Origin: Eukaryota sp. GEM-RC1
Taxonomy: Eukaryota
Direction of reading: 5' to 3'
Length of the DNA stretch: 64,000 bases
Assembly (NCBI GenBank): GCA_040285855.1
Contig: JAUFOQ010000017.1
Coordinates: forward strand, 620,001 to 684,000
In this document: piece by piece, positions 22,860 to 35,319 of the stretch
Numbering within the stretch: position 1 is the first letter of the stretch
How the letters are laid out: each line of letters begins with the position of its first letter
Program-made: the position numbers and the translations under genes
Notes under the pieces: generated by a model
The model's database searches: none
The model's input: only the letters and a program-made list of their open reading frames with translations
What the model was told of the DNA's origin: nothing

Positions 22860-23551
22860 TGGGGATGGACTTCACTCCACTCGTAGAAATTATAGAACTC
22901 CAACTCGACTTCACTCCAAACAATAAAAATCAGAAGTGAACTTCACTCCAACTCAAGTCACTTGTAGACTTCACTTCACACAAGCTTGTTAAATTTTTGT
23001 CTTTATATATAATTCCTCTCATTTGACGCTTTTGGCACTTCTTCCAGGTATACACAACGGTCACTCAATGTGTTACGATTCGCACTAAAACACACACTAT
23101 TAGATATTTACTGTGATGATGTCATCGCATTGAGTCTTTTATATATTTATGAAAACTTCAGTCGGATGGTTACTAAAGAGAGTTTCAAAAGTAATTTCAA
23201 AAACTGTGTTCAGAATTTGGTGAGAAGTTTAAACAGGTCTTCATGGACGATAGTTTTAACTTTTTGATCTTTTAAGCGAACGCATAGATAAATATATTTC
23301 CTTTCTGGTCAATGATAACTACAAATAGTGTAACTCCCCTTAATATAGGTGTTTTTTGTGAATTATGTACAATACTTACGTAGGAATGCTAATGAAATAC
23401 AATGTAGCAAGTTTCACTCCAACTCGACTTACTCGTAAAATTTTGACAGAACTCCAACTCGACTCCAACTCGTAGAAATTTGCAGTGAAGTGGAGTGAAG
23501 TGGAGTTTGGAGTCTTGGAGTAGAACTCGAGTGGAGTTTTGCCCAACCCTA
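22860..23551. mobile_element. hAT-type MITE
   Basis: Imperfect TIRs TGGGGATGGAC..ACTCCACTCG / TAGGGTTGGGC..ACTCCACTCG; 8-bp TSD AGTATAGT (22852-22859, 23552-23559); subterminal ACTCCAACTCG repeats. Confidence 0.85.
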
Positions 23552-23898
23552 AGTATAGTTAATGTGATTTTAAATCATTTAGTTAAGGTCAGCTTTCAGT
23601 CTGGTTTACCCGAGTCTATCAGCTCAAACCAATTTGTACATATGTTTGCTGCATACCGATGTAGTGTGGAACGGATTGATGTACATCCCAGAACGTCTTC
23701 CATGTCTAGATCGATGGTGTTTGTTGTTACAGTCAAGTCATTCCTAAAACGAGGAGTATCAAATTTAATAGTAACATAGGGGTTTCTGGTCATTGAACAC
23801 AACAGTAGCAGTGATTTGCTTTATTTGGTCAAAAGACAATCCGTACATTACTAGGTTCGATCCAATATAGCCAACAGACATTTTGACGTCTACAGTAT

Positions 23899-24546
23899 TT
23901 GTCTACTGGATATCCGCTATTCCGCTCCAATATCTTTACCCAACTTAAACAGATGAGTTCAACAACCGTTGATGGTCTTACAGATGCACATATCATTGGG
24001 GTTTTGAAAGAAAACCCTAATCTCATTCTACAGGGAGTTGTTGACAATGAGTCTACTCCTACTGGATCCATTGCAAAATGTATGTAGACATAGTTTCTCA
24101 CTCTAGATATGATTGAGACTGGACATTACAACGTTTTCCCTGTTAATCGAACATTGGATCAAACTTACTCTTTCTGTGGTCGAGAAACATCAAGATCACT
24201 GGAAGAATTATGCTCAAAACATCCAAATGTAACGTCCAATGCCATTTTTTGTATCTTGGACTGTGAACGTTCGTCTTTCCAATCTCTCGTTAACCATGCT
24301 CGTCGTTCTAATATTCCTGTTCTCTGGGTCAATGAAAATGTGGCATCCGTCGAAGACAAGAAATTTCTCTCTGAAATTGTATCTCAAAAGCAGTTTGACA
24401 GAGTTGTGATAGACAGAGATATTGTGAAGGAATTCCGTAGACTGTTATCCACTTCCAATAAGAAGCATACGCAGGGGCTTGATACCACCCAACAAGAACA
24501 CGCAGTTGGTATTTCTAGGGAACCTCGTGTCAGACAACACAAATAG
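23899..24546 (+). CDS. Hypothetical protein (spliced; probable intron at about 24080-24106; 5' end uncertain)
   Basis: Two consecutive coding-like ORFs separated by GTATGT...CTCTAG; no recognisable family. Confidence 0.45.
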
Positions 24547-24831
24547 TTTTAGATCAAATATGATACCTTCAGTAGAAAGGGAAAGGGAATTTTATAAATG
24601 AATTATAATGACTACGTAACTATACTAATACCTGTGGCTAACAAATAGATAATATAGGTATTGTACATGTCTTGTTCAATTGTCCATTAAAGCTTGCATT
24701 GGATCCGTACGAATCATGTCCCGTCAGAACAAACAACAACTGTTTGTATCAGCCGTAGTTGGGAAATACACTTTGTGTATTGTGTGTATTTTTTGGACTT
24801 GATTTGAATTTCTAAGAAGACTACTAATATA

Positions 24832-25500
24832 TTATGTACCCAACCTTCCTACAAAAAGATGAATTTGAAAAAACAAACAAATAATACTAAGACTGAATTC
24901 AAACGACTTCATCAGATTCGGTAACAGATTCCACTTTTCGACATTAACCTTCACACCAAACTTGTACAATTTCTCAACTATTCTAGAGAAATAGAAAGGC
25001 TTGCTCCGATATATCGAAAACAGAATACTGTTTTTCCATTTAGCCATTCTATAGTTACACTTCTTTTCTTTACACAGTTCTTTGAAATCCTTGAAAAATT
25101 GATCACCAGCGGGACTACTCGATCCAAGAAGAGAAAAAAGCAAAAGGTTGAAACACAAACTTTGTACTATGAGTTTCGGAATAATACTTCTACTTGAGAG
25201 TCATACCTGGAAGGTTTGAGCTTTTTATGCAGCTGCAAACGGATTAAAAGAGGAATCTAATATTCTACCAACACAAGAATTGTTACAAACATCTACTGTG
25301 GTAAAAATCCAGTAATGACTGACCCGATTTAAGCCACGGAGTATGAAGATCTCCTCTTTTTGATCTGCAAATTCATCCTCTGGAATGTGAATCAAAACTG
25401 GTTTAACTTTAGAGTGAAAGCCATGCGCTATAAACAAATTTCAATTTGTTTATGTATTTTTGTCTATTGTCAGGTGATTGGTATAAGATGCAATTTCCCT
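24832..25500 (-). mobile_element. Degenerate RLE non-LTR retrotransposon 3' fragment
   Basis: FHSKVKP, TVDVCN, FNLLLFSLLGS...FFKDFKELC...WKNSILFSIYRS, homologous to the fragment at 10708. Confidence 0.7.
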
Positions 25501-26209
25501 CAAATTATCAACCAGTGATGCGAAGAAATTAATTTAAATTAAATTATTAATTCTTGGCACACTCAATAAATGTAAATTCATGTGGCCTGCAATTCATAGA
25601 TTGTAATTCTCCGATCCCACAATTAATTCTATAGTAGCTTTTCATCTGTAGTCAATTGTACTGAATTCAGTACAATTGTCTTATGAGAGTTCTAGGTCAC
25701 AATTGATTTGAGTACATCAAACTACCAACAATGCGCGTTCTAAAGATGGAACAATTGCTTCGTGAGAGAACTCAAAGATTCTCTTGGTTGCCCCAGGATG
25801 ATATTACGATTATAATGACCCAACAGTCAATTCTATTGGCCAGCTGTGGAGTTTTTGCGTTTTGAATCTCGGACATCAAGCATTTTTTGACGATATCTGG
25901 TGTTTGCTGATCGTTAGCAGTCCAGGTTTGAATGCTTCCACTTATGTACTATCAAACTATGTACTTGTATGGTTCTCATAAGCACTAGCTGATCATGGTT
26001 CGACACATGTAAAAATGAACAATGCCTTCTTGTTGATTATTGGGGAAGATGACATAGTGTGGCTGACAGGAAATTATTAAATTAATTCTACTAATTAGTG
26101 TTTATTAATTTTAATTCTAAGGTGTAACAATTTATTAATTATAATTCTAAGTGGCTGGAATTAAATAATTCTCAGGGAATTAATTCAATTAATTATAAAA
26201 GAAGCAAGA

Positions 26210-26410
26210 TTTTATGTTATCAATTAACGAAATACAAACAACTAGTACTTAAAAAAATTAAATGATCCACATCTACTCTTGAACCACCACGATTCAATTT
26301 TTCCAGAATACGATTCAAATACTTGGGGAAACTTCTATATAAGGAAAAAACAATGCGATTGCGCCACAGAGACTGAAAAATTTTTTTCCTGTGGTCACGG
26401 CACAACTTTA
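26210..26410 (-). mobile_element. RLE non-LTR retrotransposon 3' fragment
   Basis: WRNRIVFSLYRSFPKYLNRIL; nucleotide-level homology to 61520-61690. Confidence 0.7.
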
Positions 26411-26731
26411 AAAAGGCGGCAAAGAAATTTTGGCTAAGACTAAGAGTCCCGCTTTTTGCGCTTTTTAGAACGATATTTCTTCAAGCGCTGCGTCTTCATT
26501 TGTTTCTCGTTTGCCAAGAAAATTTTGTTTTAATCTTAACACCAAAAGACACTCTATACTTCCAGTCAACTTCCATTAAAATAGAATCATTTACGGCCAG
26601 TCTGTTGATTCTTGTTGTAGTCTGTAGTCTACATGGAGTTATTCTGTGGTCTGCTTTGCAGAAAATTTGATTCTATTTTGGCTGTTTTATGAGCCAACAC
26701 ATTCAAAAATTCTTTCCCTTTTCTTTCTCCC

Positions 26732-27230
26732 ATGAATCCTTATTTAGCGTATACTATCGCTGCAGCAGCATTGTTCTTGACGGCATACATTCCTTCTCCT
26801 GCCATGAAAAATGTCAAGACAGAATGGTATCAATGCATAAAGTTGCCGATTACGCCTCCAAACGTTGTTTTCCCAATAGTTTGGACGATTCTTTACGTTA
26901 TCTTGGCCATACTGCTTGGACGTGTTTTGACAATGCCTTCCTCAAGAGAACGCACAAAAACTATCTACATATTTGCTGCCAATCTTGTTCTCAACATACT
27001 CTGGACATACTCTTTCTTTGGGCTGAGTTTCATTTTTCTGGGATACTTCATTGTTCTATTGATGATTGCTTTCGGAATTAGGCTCTTACTTCAGCTCAAC
27101 ACTCTTTTTGATACAGAAAACACGTATTACAAAAATCAACTTAGGTTACTTTGTTATTCCATATCTTGTCTGGATATCTTTTGCTAGTTTTATTAATCTT
27201 GGTGTTGCATTGTTTAGGCGAGAGTGTATA
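26732..27230 (+). CDS. TspO/MBR family membrane protein; C-terminal frameshift, end approximate
   Basis: WYQCIKLPITPPNVVFPIVWTILY and NLVLNILWTYSFFG are TspO signature motifs; five hydrophobic segments. Confidence 0.88.
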
Positions 27231-27244
27231 AAATTACATTAATT

Positions 27245-27430
27245 CTATGGGGAAACAGTTTTATAATAAGTCTTTCAACCAAAGTTATTGGACGAACAGA
27301 TTGGTATTTTCTGTTTTCAAGGCTATTCCTCAGAAAAGAAGTCTGATGTCTTTAGGTGACTATTACAGAGAGAAGATTTCTGATTTCTTGTCTGTAGGCA
27401 AAAGAGATTTTAAAAATATTACCTTATGAA
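27245..27430 (+). mobile_element. RLE non-LTR retrotransposon 3' fragment
   Basis: KSFNQSYWTNRLVFSVFKAIP, the same C-terminal helix seen in the other copies. Confidence 0.6.
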
Positions 27431-27612
27431 GAGTAGTTTTCTGCTTACTGTATTTAATACAGCAATCAGAAAACTACTCTACAGTGTATTATCTCTTTAG
27501 CAAGACCTAATTATTGCAACAAATCTATAAATTATATTAAATATTCTAACGGGAAATAACGGTGTGAAAGCTAAGCTAAGCACAGAACAAAATTAGTACA
27601 GTTGGTAAAAAC

Positions 27613-27686
27613 TGCTCTGTACAGGGGTCGAACCTGTGACCTTGGCGTTATTAGCACCACGCTCTAACCAACTGAGCTAACAGAGC
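27613..27686 (-). tRNA. tRNA-Ile (anticodon AAT)
   Basis: GCTCTGTTAGCTCAGTTGGTTAGAGCGTGGTGCTAATAACGCCAAGGTCACAGGTTCGACCCCTGTACAGAGCA folds as a canonical cloverleaf. Confidence 0.96.
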
Positions 27687-28146
27687 TTACCGGTAACTTA
27701 CTCAGAACATTCATGTACAATAATACTGTCGCTATATTTCTTTTCAAGAAAGAATGTGCTGAAGTACACAGAAGTGATTCACCACCACTACATTGTAGCA
27801 ACTCAACATTATTGCACTAATCCTTTGATGTCTTTGTTATTGTTCCGGGTAACCAAAATAACGTACTGTAGAGGAATATTAAATGGAGATTTGACAGCAA
27901 GTTCGTAAAGCGCACCAGTATCGAGAGAATGATACTGTGTAATGAACATCAATTAGTGTGAAATTATGCCCGAACTGACAACAAAAAGGTTGAAGGTATG
28001 TGTGTGGAATGTGGTGGCCTTAAAGCAATGGAAATGGTCATTAAATAAGTAGAGATGCTTTTCTGTAGGAATCCACGTCACTTGTGTGCTAAAGGGGGTA
28101 ACTGGTCAAAAAGAAACGTGTTGTCATTTTCTTGTCTTCATTTCAC

Positions 28147-29245
28147 ATGACCGATAACCAAGAAATGAACGAAGTTAAAGAGCCCATCGTACAGGAAGCG
28201 ACTGAACAACAGTCTCATGAGGTTACTGTGGACGTTGAAAACAATACCGTTGAAGCCACCACTCATAAGGCCGCAGATGAAGAACCGCCATCTAGCTGGC
28301 TTGCAAACTATCATCTTCCTATTGTTGCCATTTGTATGGGAAGTGGAGGTGCGGGCCTCGCGCTTAAAAAAGACCGCCCAAACTATAGATTGGTGGCCTC
28401 GCCTTCCAGCTGACATTGTGTTGATCACTACAGCAGTATTGTTCGTCCTGTTGTCTCTCATCTATTTGTTCAAAACGATCCTCCACTTTGATGCTGTCCG
28501 CACTGAATTCTACCATCCTATCAAGTCGAACTTCTTCCCTGCGTTCTCTATCATTATTTTAATGCTCGGTCTGGGTGCGCTCGATACAGAATGGAATGAT
28601 GCTGCTGAACCCATGTTCTACGTTGGTTTAGCTATCCAACTTCCACTAGGTCTCCTCCTCATGGTCCGATGGATCACCAAGACAGTTCAAATCAAAATGT
28701 GCAACCCAGCTTGTCTCATTGGCCCTGTTGGTATTCTGCTTGTTGGTTTAGCCTTTGCCCGTATCCATGTAACAGAAATCGCGTATCTGTGCTATTCCGC
28801 TTCCCTCTTTTGGTGGATTATGATCTTTGCGCAATTCCTCCACAGACTGTTATTCATTGGTTTGTTACCCGCTAAGTTGATCCCCATGTTCTTCATTCTC
28901 CTCGCTCCTCCAATGATTGCCACTGCCTGCACCTATGAACTCTTTGGGGACACTCCCATGGTCTATGTTTTCTATAGCATTGGTTTGTTTTTTGCTTTGC
29001 TTCTCGTTTGGATGACACCATTGTTTGTTAAGGCACTTAAACATTTTGAACTCACTTGGTTAGCCTTTGTATTCCCCTGTGCAAGCTTTGCCATTGGTTC
29101 CATGGAGGTTTATGGATTGACAGACTCAATGTTTTACGGTGTTATAGCGTGGTTTGGCTTAGGACTTTCTCAACTTGTTTTCGCCGGGGTTTCCATCGCG
29201 ACTTTGGTCAATGTTATCAGAGGCAAGGTTTTCCTTCCAGAATAA
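28147..29245 (+). CDS. TDT/SLAC1 family (TehA-like) anion channel/transporter; frameshift in the A-run at about 28366-28371
   Basis: ICMGSGGAG, EFYHPIKSNFFPAFSI, FILLAPP, WLAFVFP; about 10 TM helices. Confidence 0.9.
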
Positions 29246-29572
29246 TTAGGTGTACTTTAAGGTCAAGTGAAGGTTCAACTGGATGACTGTTTTAAATAAA
29301 TTTAGTAGTTATTAATTGATCATTTGCATTCTGGGTTGGTTATCAACACTGTCCGCAGCATATTTTAAACATCTGGAACTGGTCGCAAACATTGATCTTT
29401 CATACGTACGTATACACTCAATACACCAATTAATGGTTAGTTTCAATTTTGTCAGCAGTTCATTATTGATTGGAAAGGAAAAGCACACCATCATCTAGAT
29501 TGATTCATCATGATTCAATCCAAAAGGTAATTTCGACTCCAAGATACAATACTTTTATTTAAATTGTCTGAT

Positions 29573-29752
29573 CTACGTGAGTTTGGAAAACCCCTTCTTT
29601 GTTGTGTCTTTGACTGCAGATGCTGCCATCTTTGAACCAGAGGCTACCTTTCGTCCTGTTCTTTTCAGTATGGAAGCTGTGCCATGTAAAACCTGAGACG
29701 TCTTCTGTTTTGCAACTTCAGTTTTGGTTTTGCTTGCGGATGGAATTGGCAT
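29573..29752 (-). CDS. Putative 59-aa basic small protein
   Basis: MPIPSASKTKTEVAKQKTSQVLHGTASILKRTGRKVASGSKMAASAVKDTTKKGFSKLT; coding-like composition in an AT-rich context; below the ORF-track cutoff. Confidence 0.4.
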   Translation of the reverse strand: MPIPSASKTKTEVAKQKTSQVLHGTASILKRTGRKVASGSKMAASAVKDTTKKGFSKLT

Positions 29753-30497
29753 TAGAAAAGTACTAATGTGAAGTCCTCCTGGAGTTCGTAAACTCTCTCT
29801 TAACTAAGAGATGACTTCGCTTGTCAAGTCACTTTCTAAGGATAATGTCAACGGTTGCTTTGATCAAAACAATTATTAATAATAAACAGTCCGTTGTACA
29901 ACATAATAACTAATTCGTCGAAATACATCGTTGAGACTTAACATGGTCTTATACATATGTAATTACTAGTATCAAGGTCCAACAGTTAAGGCCAAATTTC
30001 CTTTCAAAGTTTCCAGATTGGATGAATGTTGAATGTAACAGTTTCGGGCTGGATCAAGATCATGAAGCTGACATTACTTCAATAAAATTTGCAGTGTTCC
30101 AATACTGTGTTACAACAACCTCCAGTACATATTGCAATAGTTGTGATTAATATCAAGATGATTTTAAATTCCTTTTGAAAAACAAGTATTCTTCATCAGT
30201 AGACAGCAATGGGATATTCATTTCAAAGAATTCCTATTATTCCTTCAAGAACGGTCGCTACTCAAAAAATAGCATTGTAATCAATTTACAGATACTTTCG
30301 ATTGGAAGTTTCTGAAAGAAAAATAGGAACAATCACATTGCTTTAGCATTACTGCAACAAAAGAAATTGAAGCACTAGATTGAACATGTGTGTCTTAAAC
30401 TGATTGATGGATGAATTTATAGCTTCACAAGTCGATCTTAAATAAACATCATGTTAGAGCAAGCACAAACGGAAAAGAACTAGAATCACAAGAAAAA

Positions 30498-31238
30498 TTA
30501 GACTAAAACACTATCAATAAGAGACTTCCTCACAGAGGAAATCACGTCACCAGGATCACTCTTACGGATCTTCAAGACTCGTTCAATAACAGACAGTTCT
30601 GGGGCAGTCGTATCTAATCCAGTGAAAGCAGTCCAATCATTAGCAACCAAACCAGCTCCAATGACGTCAGAACCCATATTCACTGTACCGGCCATTAGTG
30701 GGACCTGGATGAGGGTAGATAGTTCGTTGAGTTCTTGAACAGAAACCATAGGATGTACTATACCACCTTGATTTGTGAAAACACAATAGGAGCCAACTAG
30801 AGCTTGACCACCAACGGCTTGGCGGTAAACTTCTACGCCTAGGACGTCTTGTATTATTTCTTCTGTTTCTCGGTCTATGTCAGCGTGAACAAGTGCAACA
30901 TGGTCATTGCATGAGATGATGTTGCCCAGAGCAGAAAGACGTTCTTCAACACGTTGAACTACAACTTCCTCTGGTAGAGCGTTACGAAGATGACGAAGTT
31001 CTTGGTCAGTAGTGGAACTTGGGACTATTAATCCATTTTTGTTACCGGCAGTCATTCTACCTACGATACGGGTTCCACAAATTGTCGTATGGACAACAGG
31101 GATATCTTCAGAAAGCTCAGACTCAAAAACAGAATAGAAGTTTTCACATGTAGTGACACCAACTAAACAGTACTTGTTGGTAAGACGGGAGAAGACACCA
31201 ATATCGTTACTGTTCTCAAATTGAAGACGGGAAGCCAT
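30498..31238 (-). CDS. EIF6: Eukaryotic translation initiation factor 6
   Basis: [26 protein letters not shown]...[10 protein letters not shown]...[19 protein letters not shown]; full length, 246 aa. Confidence 0.98.
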   Translation of the reverse strand: MASRLQFENSNDIGVFSRLTNKYCLVGVTTCENFYSVFESELSEDIPVVHTTICGTRIVGRMTAGNKNGLIVPSSTTDQELRHLRNALPEEVVVQRVEERLSALGNIISCNDHVALVHADIDRETEEIIQDVLGVEVYRQAVGGQALVGSYCVFTNQGGIVHPMVSVQELNELSTLIQVPLMAGTVNMGSDVIGAGLVANDWTAFTGLDTTAPELSVIERVLKIRKSDPGDVISSVRKSLIDSVLV

Positions 31239-31270
31239 GTTTCAAGTTATGCAAAAAAAGTTGTTTTTAG

Positions 31271-32281
31271 ATGAATTCTCCCAGCCTGCTCCTTCACTTC
31301 CCTAAAATCGAACACCATGTTCATCTTAATGGAACAGTTTCTGAAACTACTTTACTCGAACTAATCCAATCTAATGACACTGTTGACCCAGGAGTACAAC
31401 TTCCTGTCGGTAGATCTTTATCAGAATGCTTCTCAGTTTTTGATGCCATTCACAAAATCACACTCACTGCCGAGACAATTGTCAGAATTGCTAAAGAAGC
31501 AGTTGAATCAGCGGCGTTACACAATGTTATACACCTTGAACTACGCACCACTGCTCACTCCAGACCGTCAATGTCTTGCTACGACTACTTGTCTGCCGTC
31601 ATTTCAGGTATAAACTCATCCCACTCTAAACCCCCTTCTATTGTACTAATTCTTTGTCTTGATCGAGCTAAACCTATTCCCGATATTTCTGAGTGGTTTG
31701 AACTGATAGCTCTCATAAATAGTGAACACGATAACATCATTCGTGGAATTGATCTTGCTGGCAATCCTACAAAAGGAGACATCACGTCATTCCTACCATT
31801 CTTCCAAAAAGCAAAGTCTCTTGGATTATTCACTACTATGCATTTCGGAGAGGTCTCAAACCAAAAAGATAAGGAAGTTGCCCTGGAGTTCTGCCCTGAT
31901 CGCTTTGGTCACGCTGTACTAGAAGGAGAAGCTGCAGTGAAGGCCGGAGTTCCTGTAGAAGTGTGTTTCTCTTCAAATATCATTACCAAATCCAGTACTC
32001 CTCAAACCCACCCTGTCCACTTGTTTTTAGAACAGGGTCATTTGTTCTCTATTTGTACTGATGATCCTGGAGTTTTTAAGATAGATTATTCAATGGAGTA
32101 TGAGCGGGTGTTTGAGAGTTTGGGGATTAGTCTTGATGAGTTTGGATCGATTGTTCGTAGGGGCATTGAGTTTAGTTTTGTGACAAGTGAGGAGAAATCT
32201 AGACTATTTGAAATATTTGATAAGAAATTATTGGAATTTATGCAGTTGCAAGAGTTGGATTCCAACAATACAAAATGTTGA
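31271..32281 (+). CDS. Adenosine deaminase-like protein (ADAL/MAPDA type)
   Basis: PKIEHHVHLNG, LELRTT, GIDLAGNP, HFGE, RFGHA, EVCFSSN, CTDDPGVF. Confidence 0.92.
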   Translation: MNSPSLLLHFPKIEHHVHLNGTVSETTLLELIQSNDTVDPGVQLPVGRSLSECFSVFDAIHKITLTAETIVRIAKEAVESAALHNVIHLELRTTAHSRPSMSCYDYLSAVISGINSSHSKPPSIVLILCLDRAKPIPDISEWFELIALINSEHDNIIRGIDLAGNPTKGDITSFLPFFQKAKSLGLFTTMHFGEVSNQKDKEVALEFCPDRFGHAVLEGEAAVKAGVPVEVCFSSNIITKSSTPQTHPVHLFLEQGHLFSICTDDPGVFKIDYSMEYERVFESLGISLDEFGSIVRRGIEFSFVTSEEKSRLFEIFDKKLLEFMQLQELDSNNTKC

Positions 32282-32406
32282 TGTTTTAAATAGGTTTAAT
32301 TTGAATGTTTTCAGATGAACAAATGAATCTGATACAAATAGTGATATCATTTTCATTCTACAATAATGACAACTAAATGTAAAAAAATGTACAAATAACG
32401 ATACAC

Positions 32407-33624
32407 TTACACTGAAATAACCCGATCATTTTTGAATTTTTCAGAATTATTTAAAAACAATTCCAAAAGTCGACCTTCTCTCACTTGAGCTGCATTACTC
32501 CTAATTCGATCTTGCCTAGATATCAGTTTAGCTCTTAGTGATGAGGCCAAATCTCCTTGGATAACTTCCGACGGTAAACATTTACTGAAAGCTGAAATAC
32601 CATTAACTAGTTTTAGACTGTGAGCAATCACAATCAAGAACCAATCATAACACAACTGAGGGTCTGAAAAGTAGAGATCAAATATAGCAGTTGAAATGTG
32701 ATAGATTTTGTTGGTATCAAATTTAAATGTGGCAAGACTGTTATACAAGTGTTTCATGGTCTGTGCAAGTCTACGAGCTCCTGAAAACTTTTTAAATATT
32801 TTTCGAAATATGAATTGAGGAACATCCCCCTTTGCAACTTGCACAATTACAACTCTCAAAGCCATTGCTATCAAATCAGGAGTAATCGTTCCCCAATTAT
32901 TCCTAGTAGCCGATAAACACAAGTAGAGCTCAGAGTCATCAGGATTCGACAGAAGTTGAGTGAGAACATCAGAAATATCAAAGTTTGTGTGGTGGAGTTC
33001 TAAATGAGAGAGAGAGGAAAAGTAAGTGGAAACACCAGTCATTCGCTGGTTAGGAGGAGTCTTGATGATGGACTGAAGGCCAGAGAGATGAAGACTGTGG
33101 ACTTCGGAGGAGTGATGACGATGGTGAGATGTAAGTAGTCCTGCAAAGACTCCTAGTTGGCATTCTTCAAGTCTAACGGAAAGAGATGTGGAGGAGAAGA
33201 TAAGAGGTGATGTGGGAATGGTTGTGGGAGAGGGAACGGTCAGAGGAGAAACAACGCGTGATAGTGCAAGTCTGGCGAACGTAGTGTTACTTTTGACGGT
33301 TTTCGTGACTGTTGAAGTACCGTAAATGATTGAAGATAGTAGAGGGGGAGGTGATGTAGACTCGATAACTACTGGGACAGAAAAGCTAGCATATGCTCGT
33401 GTTTTGAGAAGGTTTGAGATTTTGGGAGTTGTAGAACGGATATATATGACACTTTTGTACTGTCCCGTGGATCCATTAAGATAATCACAAAGAACATCCA
33501 TTGAAGTATCTTTATCAACAAAGTCTAGAACATATCCACGGGAAACGATATTCGAACGCAAGGATTGTTTTGACCAATATATATGTTTCTTATAACCAGA
33601 CTGCAAAAACTGGTGTAGAGTCAT
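32407..33624 (-). CDS. Hypothetical protein (405 aa)
   Basis: Long uninterrupted ORF starting with ATG; no confident motif. Confidence 0.65.
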   Translation of the reverse strand: MTLHQFLQSGYKKHIYWSKQSLRSNIVSRGYVLDFVDKDTSMDVLCDYLNGSTGQYKSVIYIRSTTPKISNLLKTRAYASFSVPVVIESTSPPPLLSSIIYGTSTVTKTVKSNTTFARLALSRVVSPLTVPSPTTIPTSPLIFSSTSLSVRLEECQLGVFAGLLTSHHRHHSSEVHSLHLSGLQSIIKTPPNQRMTGVSTYFSSLSHLELHHTNFDISDVLTQLLSNPDDSELYLCLSATRNNWGTITPDLIAMALRVVIVQVAKGDVPQFIFRKIFKKFSGARRLAQTMKHLYNSLATFKFDTNKIYHISTAIFDLYFSDPQLCYDWFLIVIAHSLKLVNGISAFSKCLPSEVIQGDLASSLRAKLISRQDRIRSNAAQVREGRLLELFLNNSEKFKNDRVISV

Positions 33625-33695
33625 TCATTCAGTAGGTGAAAGAGCAGATTGGAGTTTTGGAAATTGAGACTTGAAAGCTCAAAAATCAGTTATCA

Positions 33696-35051
33696 ATGCC
33701 CCCTCATCTCAAGATTGCTGTAATTGGAAGTGGTCCTAGTGGCTTCTATGCCGCTGAACATCTTCTCAAAAACAAAGACATCACTGTCCAAGTTGATATT
33801 TTTGACAAGGAACCCACACCCTTTGGATTAGTTCGGACTGGTAAGTTGAACACCTAACACAAACTCACTAAAGGCATAGCCCCTGACCATCTCAAAATCA
33901 AACAAATTGTCCGTAACTTTGAGAAAATAGCCAACTCTCCTAACTTACGCTTCTTTGGTAATGTTGAACTCGGGAAAGACATCCTCATGGATGAGCTTCG
34001 TCAAATGTATCATTCTGTTATACTTGCTACTGGAGCACATCAGTCTCGTCCGCTAGGAATTCCCAATGAAGAAAAGGTGTGCCAGTCTCTACGTGTTATT
34101 CGCTCTTGGAATGATATTGAATCTGTCAACCCTATCAAATGTATCCTCAACTCTGAAGAAATTGTCCTTATTGGCAATGGTAACGTCTCCTTAGATGTGG
34201 CTCGAATTCTGTTAAAATCTCGTGAAGAGTTAAGAAGCAGTGAACTATCAGAAAAGGTATTGGATGTATTGGATTCTTACCATGTAAAGAAGATTAAGAT
34301 AATTGCTCGCAGAGGCCCAGTTCAAGCTGCGTGTTCCAACAAGGAATTACAGGAACTAGTTGAGCTGCATGATGTCAGTGTTTATGTAAATCCCAATGAT
34401 CTAGTGTTTGACCAAGCAGACCAGGAATTAATTGAAGCTGATACATCTCTTCAACGTAAAGTCGACCTCTTCAAATCTTACTCTGAAAGCAGGGAAGTAA
34501 AGGAGAAACAAATTGAGTTTCACTTTTGTCTCACTCCTAAATCTCTCCAACTTGATGATAATGGAAGAATTACCGGTCTCGTCTGCATCAAAAACACAAA
34601 GGAAGGTTCTTCATTTATTCCTTCAAATGATACTGTTGAGATTTCCTGTAACTCTGTTGTAAATTGTTCTGGTTTTGTCTCACAAGAGATACCCGGAATT
34701 CCTTTTGATAATCGCACAAAACGTTTTCCTAGCGCTGATGGTAAAATCATTGGTCTAGATGGTCTCTATGTTACTGGCTGGTCAAAGAAAACTACTGGTG
34801 TCGTGGTGAAGTGTAAAAGTTGTGCTAAAGAAACTGTGAATACCATGTTGAATGACCTTCCAAACTTGCCTAAACCATCTAATGTGGATGTTGATGTTGA
34901 ATCGCTTTTACTTCAACGATCTGTTTCATTTGTTACATTTGATCAGTGGAGAGTTATAGACAAAATTGAAACTGACTTAGGTAAAGCTGTGGGTAAACCC
35001 CGTGTGAAGATGAGTAGAGACGAAGTGTTAGCCAAGCTTTCTGAGCTTTAG
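33696..35051 (+). CDS. Adrenodoxin reductase / FprA-type ferredoxin-NADP+ reductase; 33-nt intron at 33841-33873
   Basis: [72 protein letters not shown]...GKPRVK. Confidence 0.93.
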
Positions 35052-35319
35052 GCACTGTACTTTTATAAATCTTCAACTGTATATCTTCTACAACTGTTAA
35101 TGTGTTGGGTAGGTGCTATTATAGCTTTAATGCTTGTAGTATCATATTTCGAGGGGAATTGACGTGTTGATGTATCCTTTTACTGAAGCAGATCTGTTAA
35201 GTCTCCAAGGAAACAGAAGTAATGATGGAAGACTGGACAGTCATTAACTACGCTTTCAAAAATAGTGATTTGACTGAGGTACTAGTAGCTATATTTATTT
35301 GTTTTTATTCTTCGACCTA

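Noticed and set aside
22860..23551. CRISPR-like array from the ACTCCAACTCG repeats (similarly at 40214 and 45116)
   Set aside because: The repeats are short, irregularly spaced and confined between TIRs with TSDs, so they are transposon subterminal motifs; no cas genes.
25512..26200. AT-rich AATTAATT-repeat element starting CAGTGATG
   Set aside because: Probably a MITE remnant, but the right terminus and TSD could not be identified.
32407..33624. RFC/Rad17-like clamp-loader assignment
   Set aside because: Only a vague resemblance; no Walker A/B or SRC motif, so left as hypothetical.
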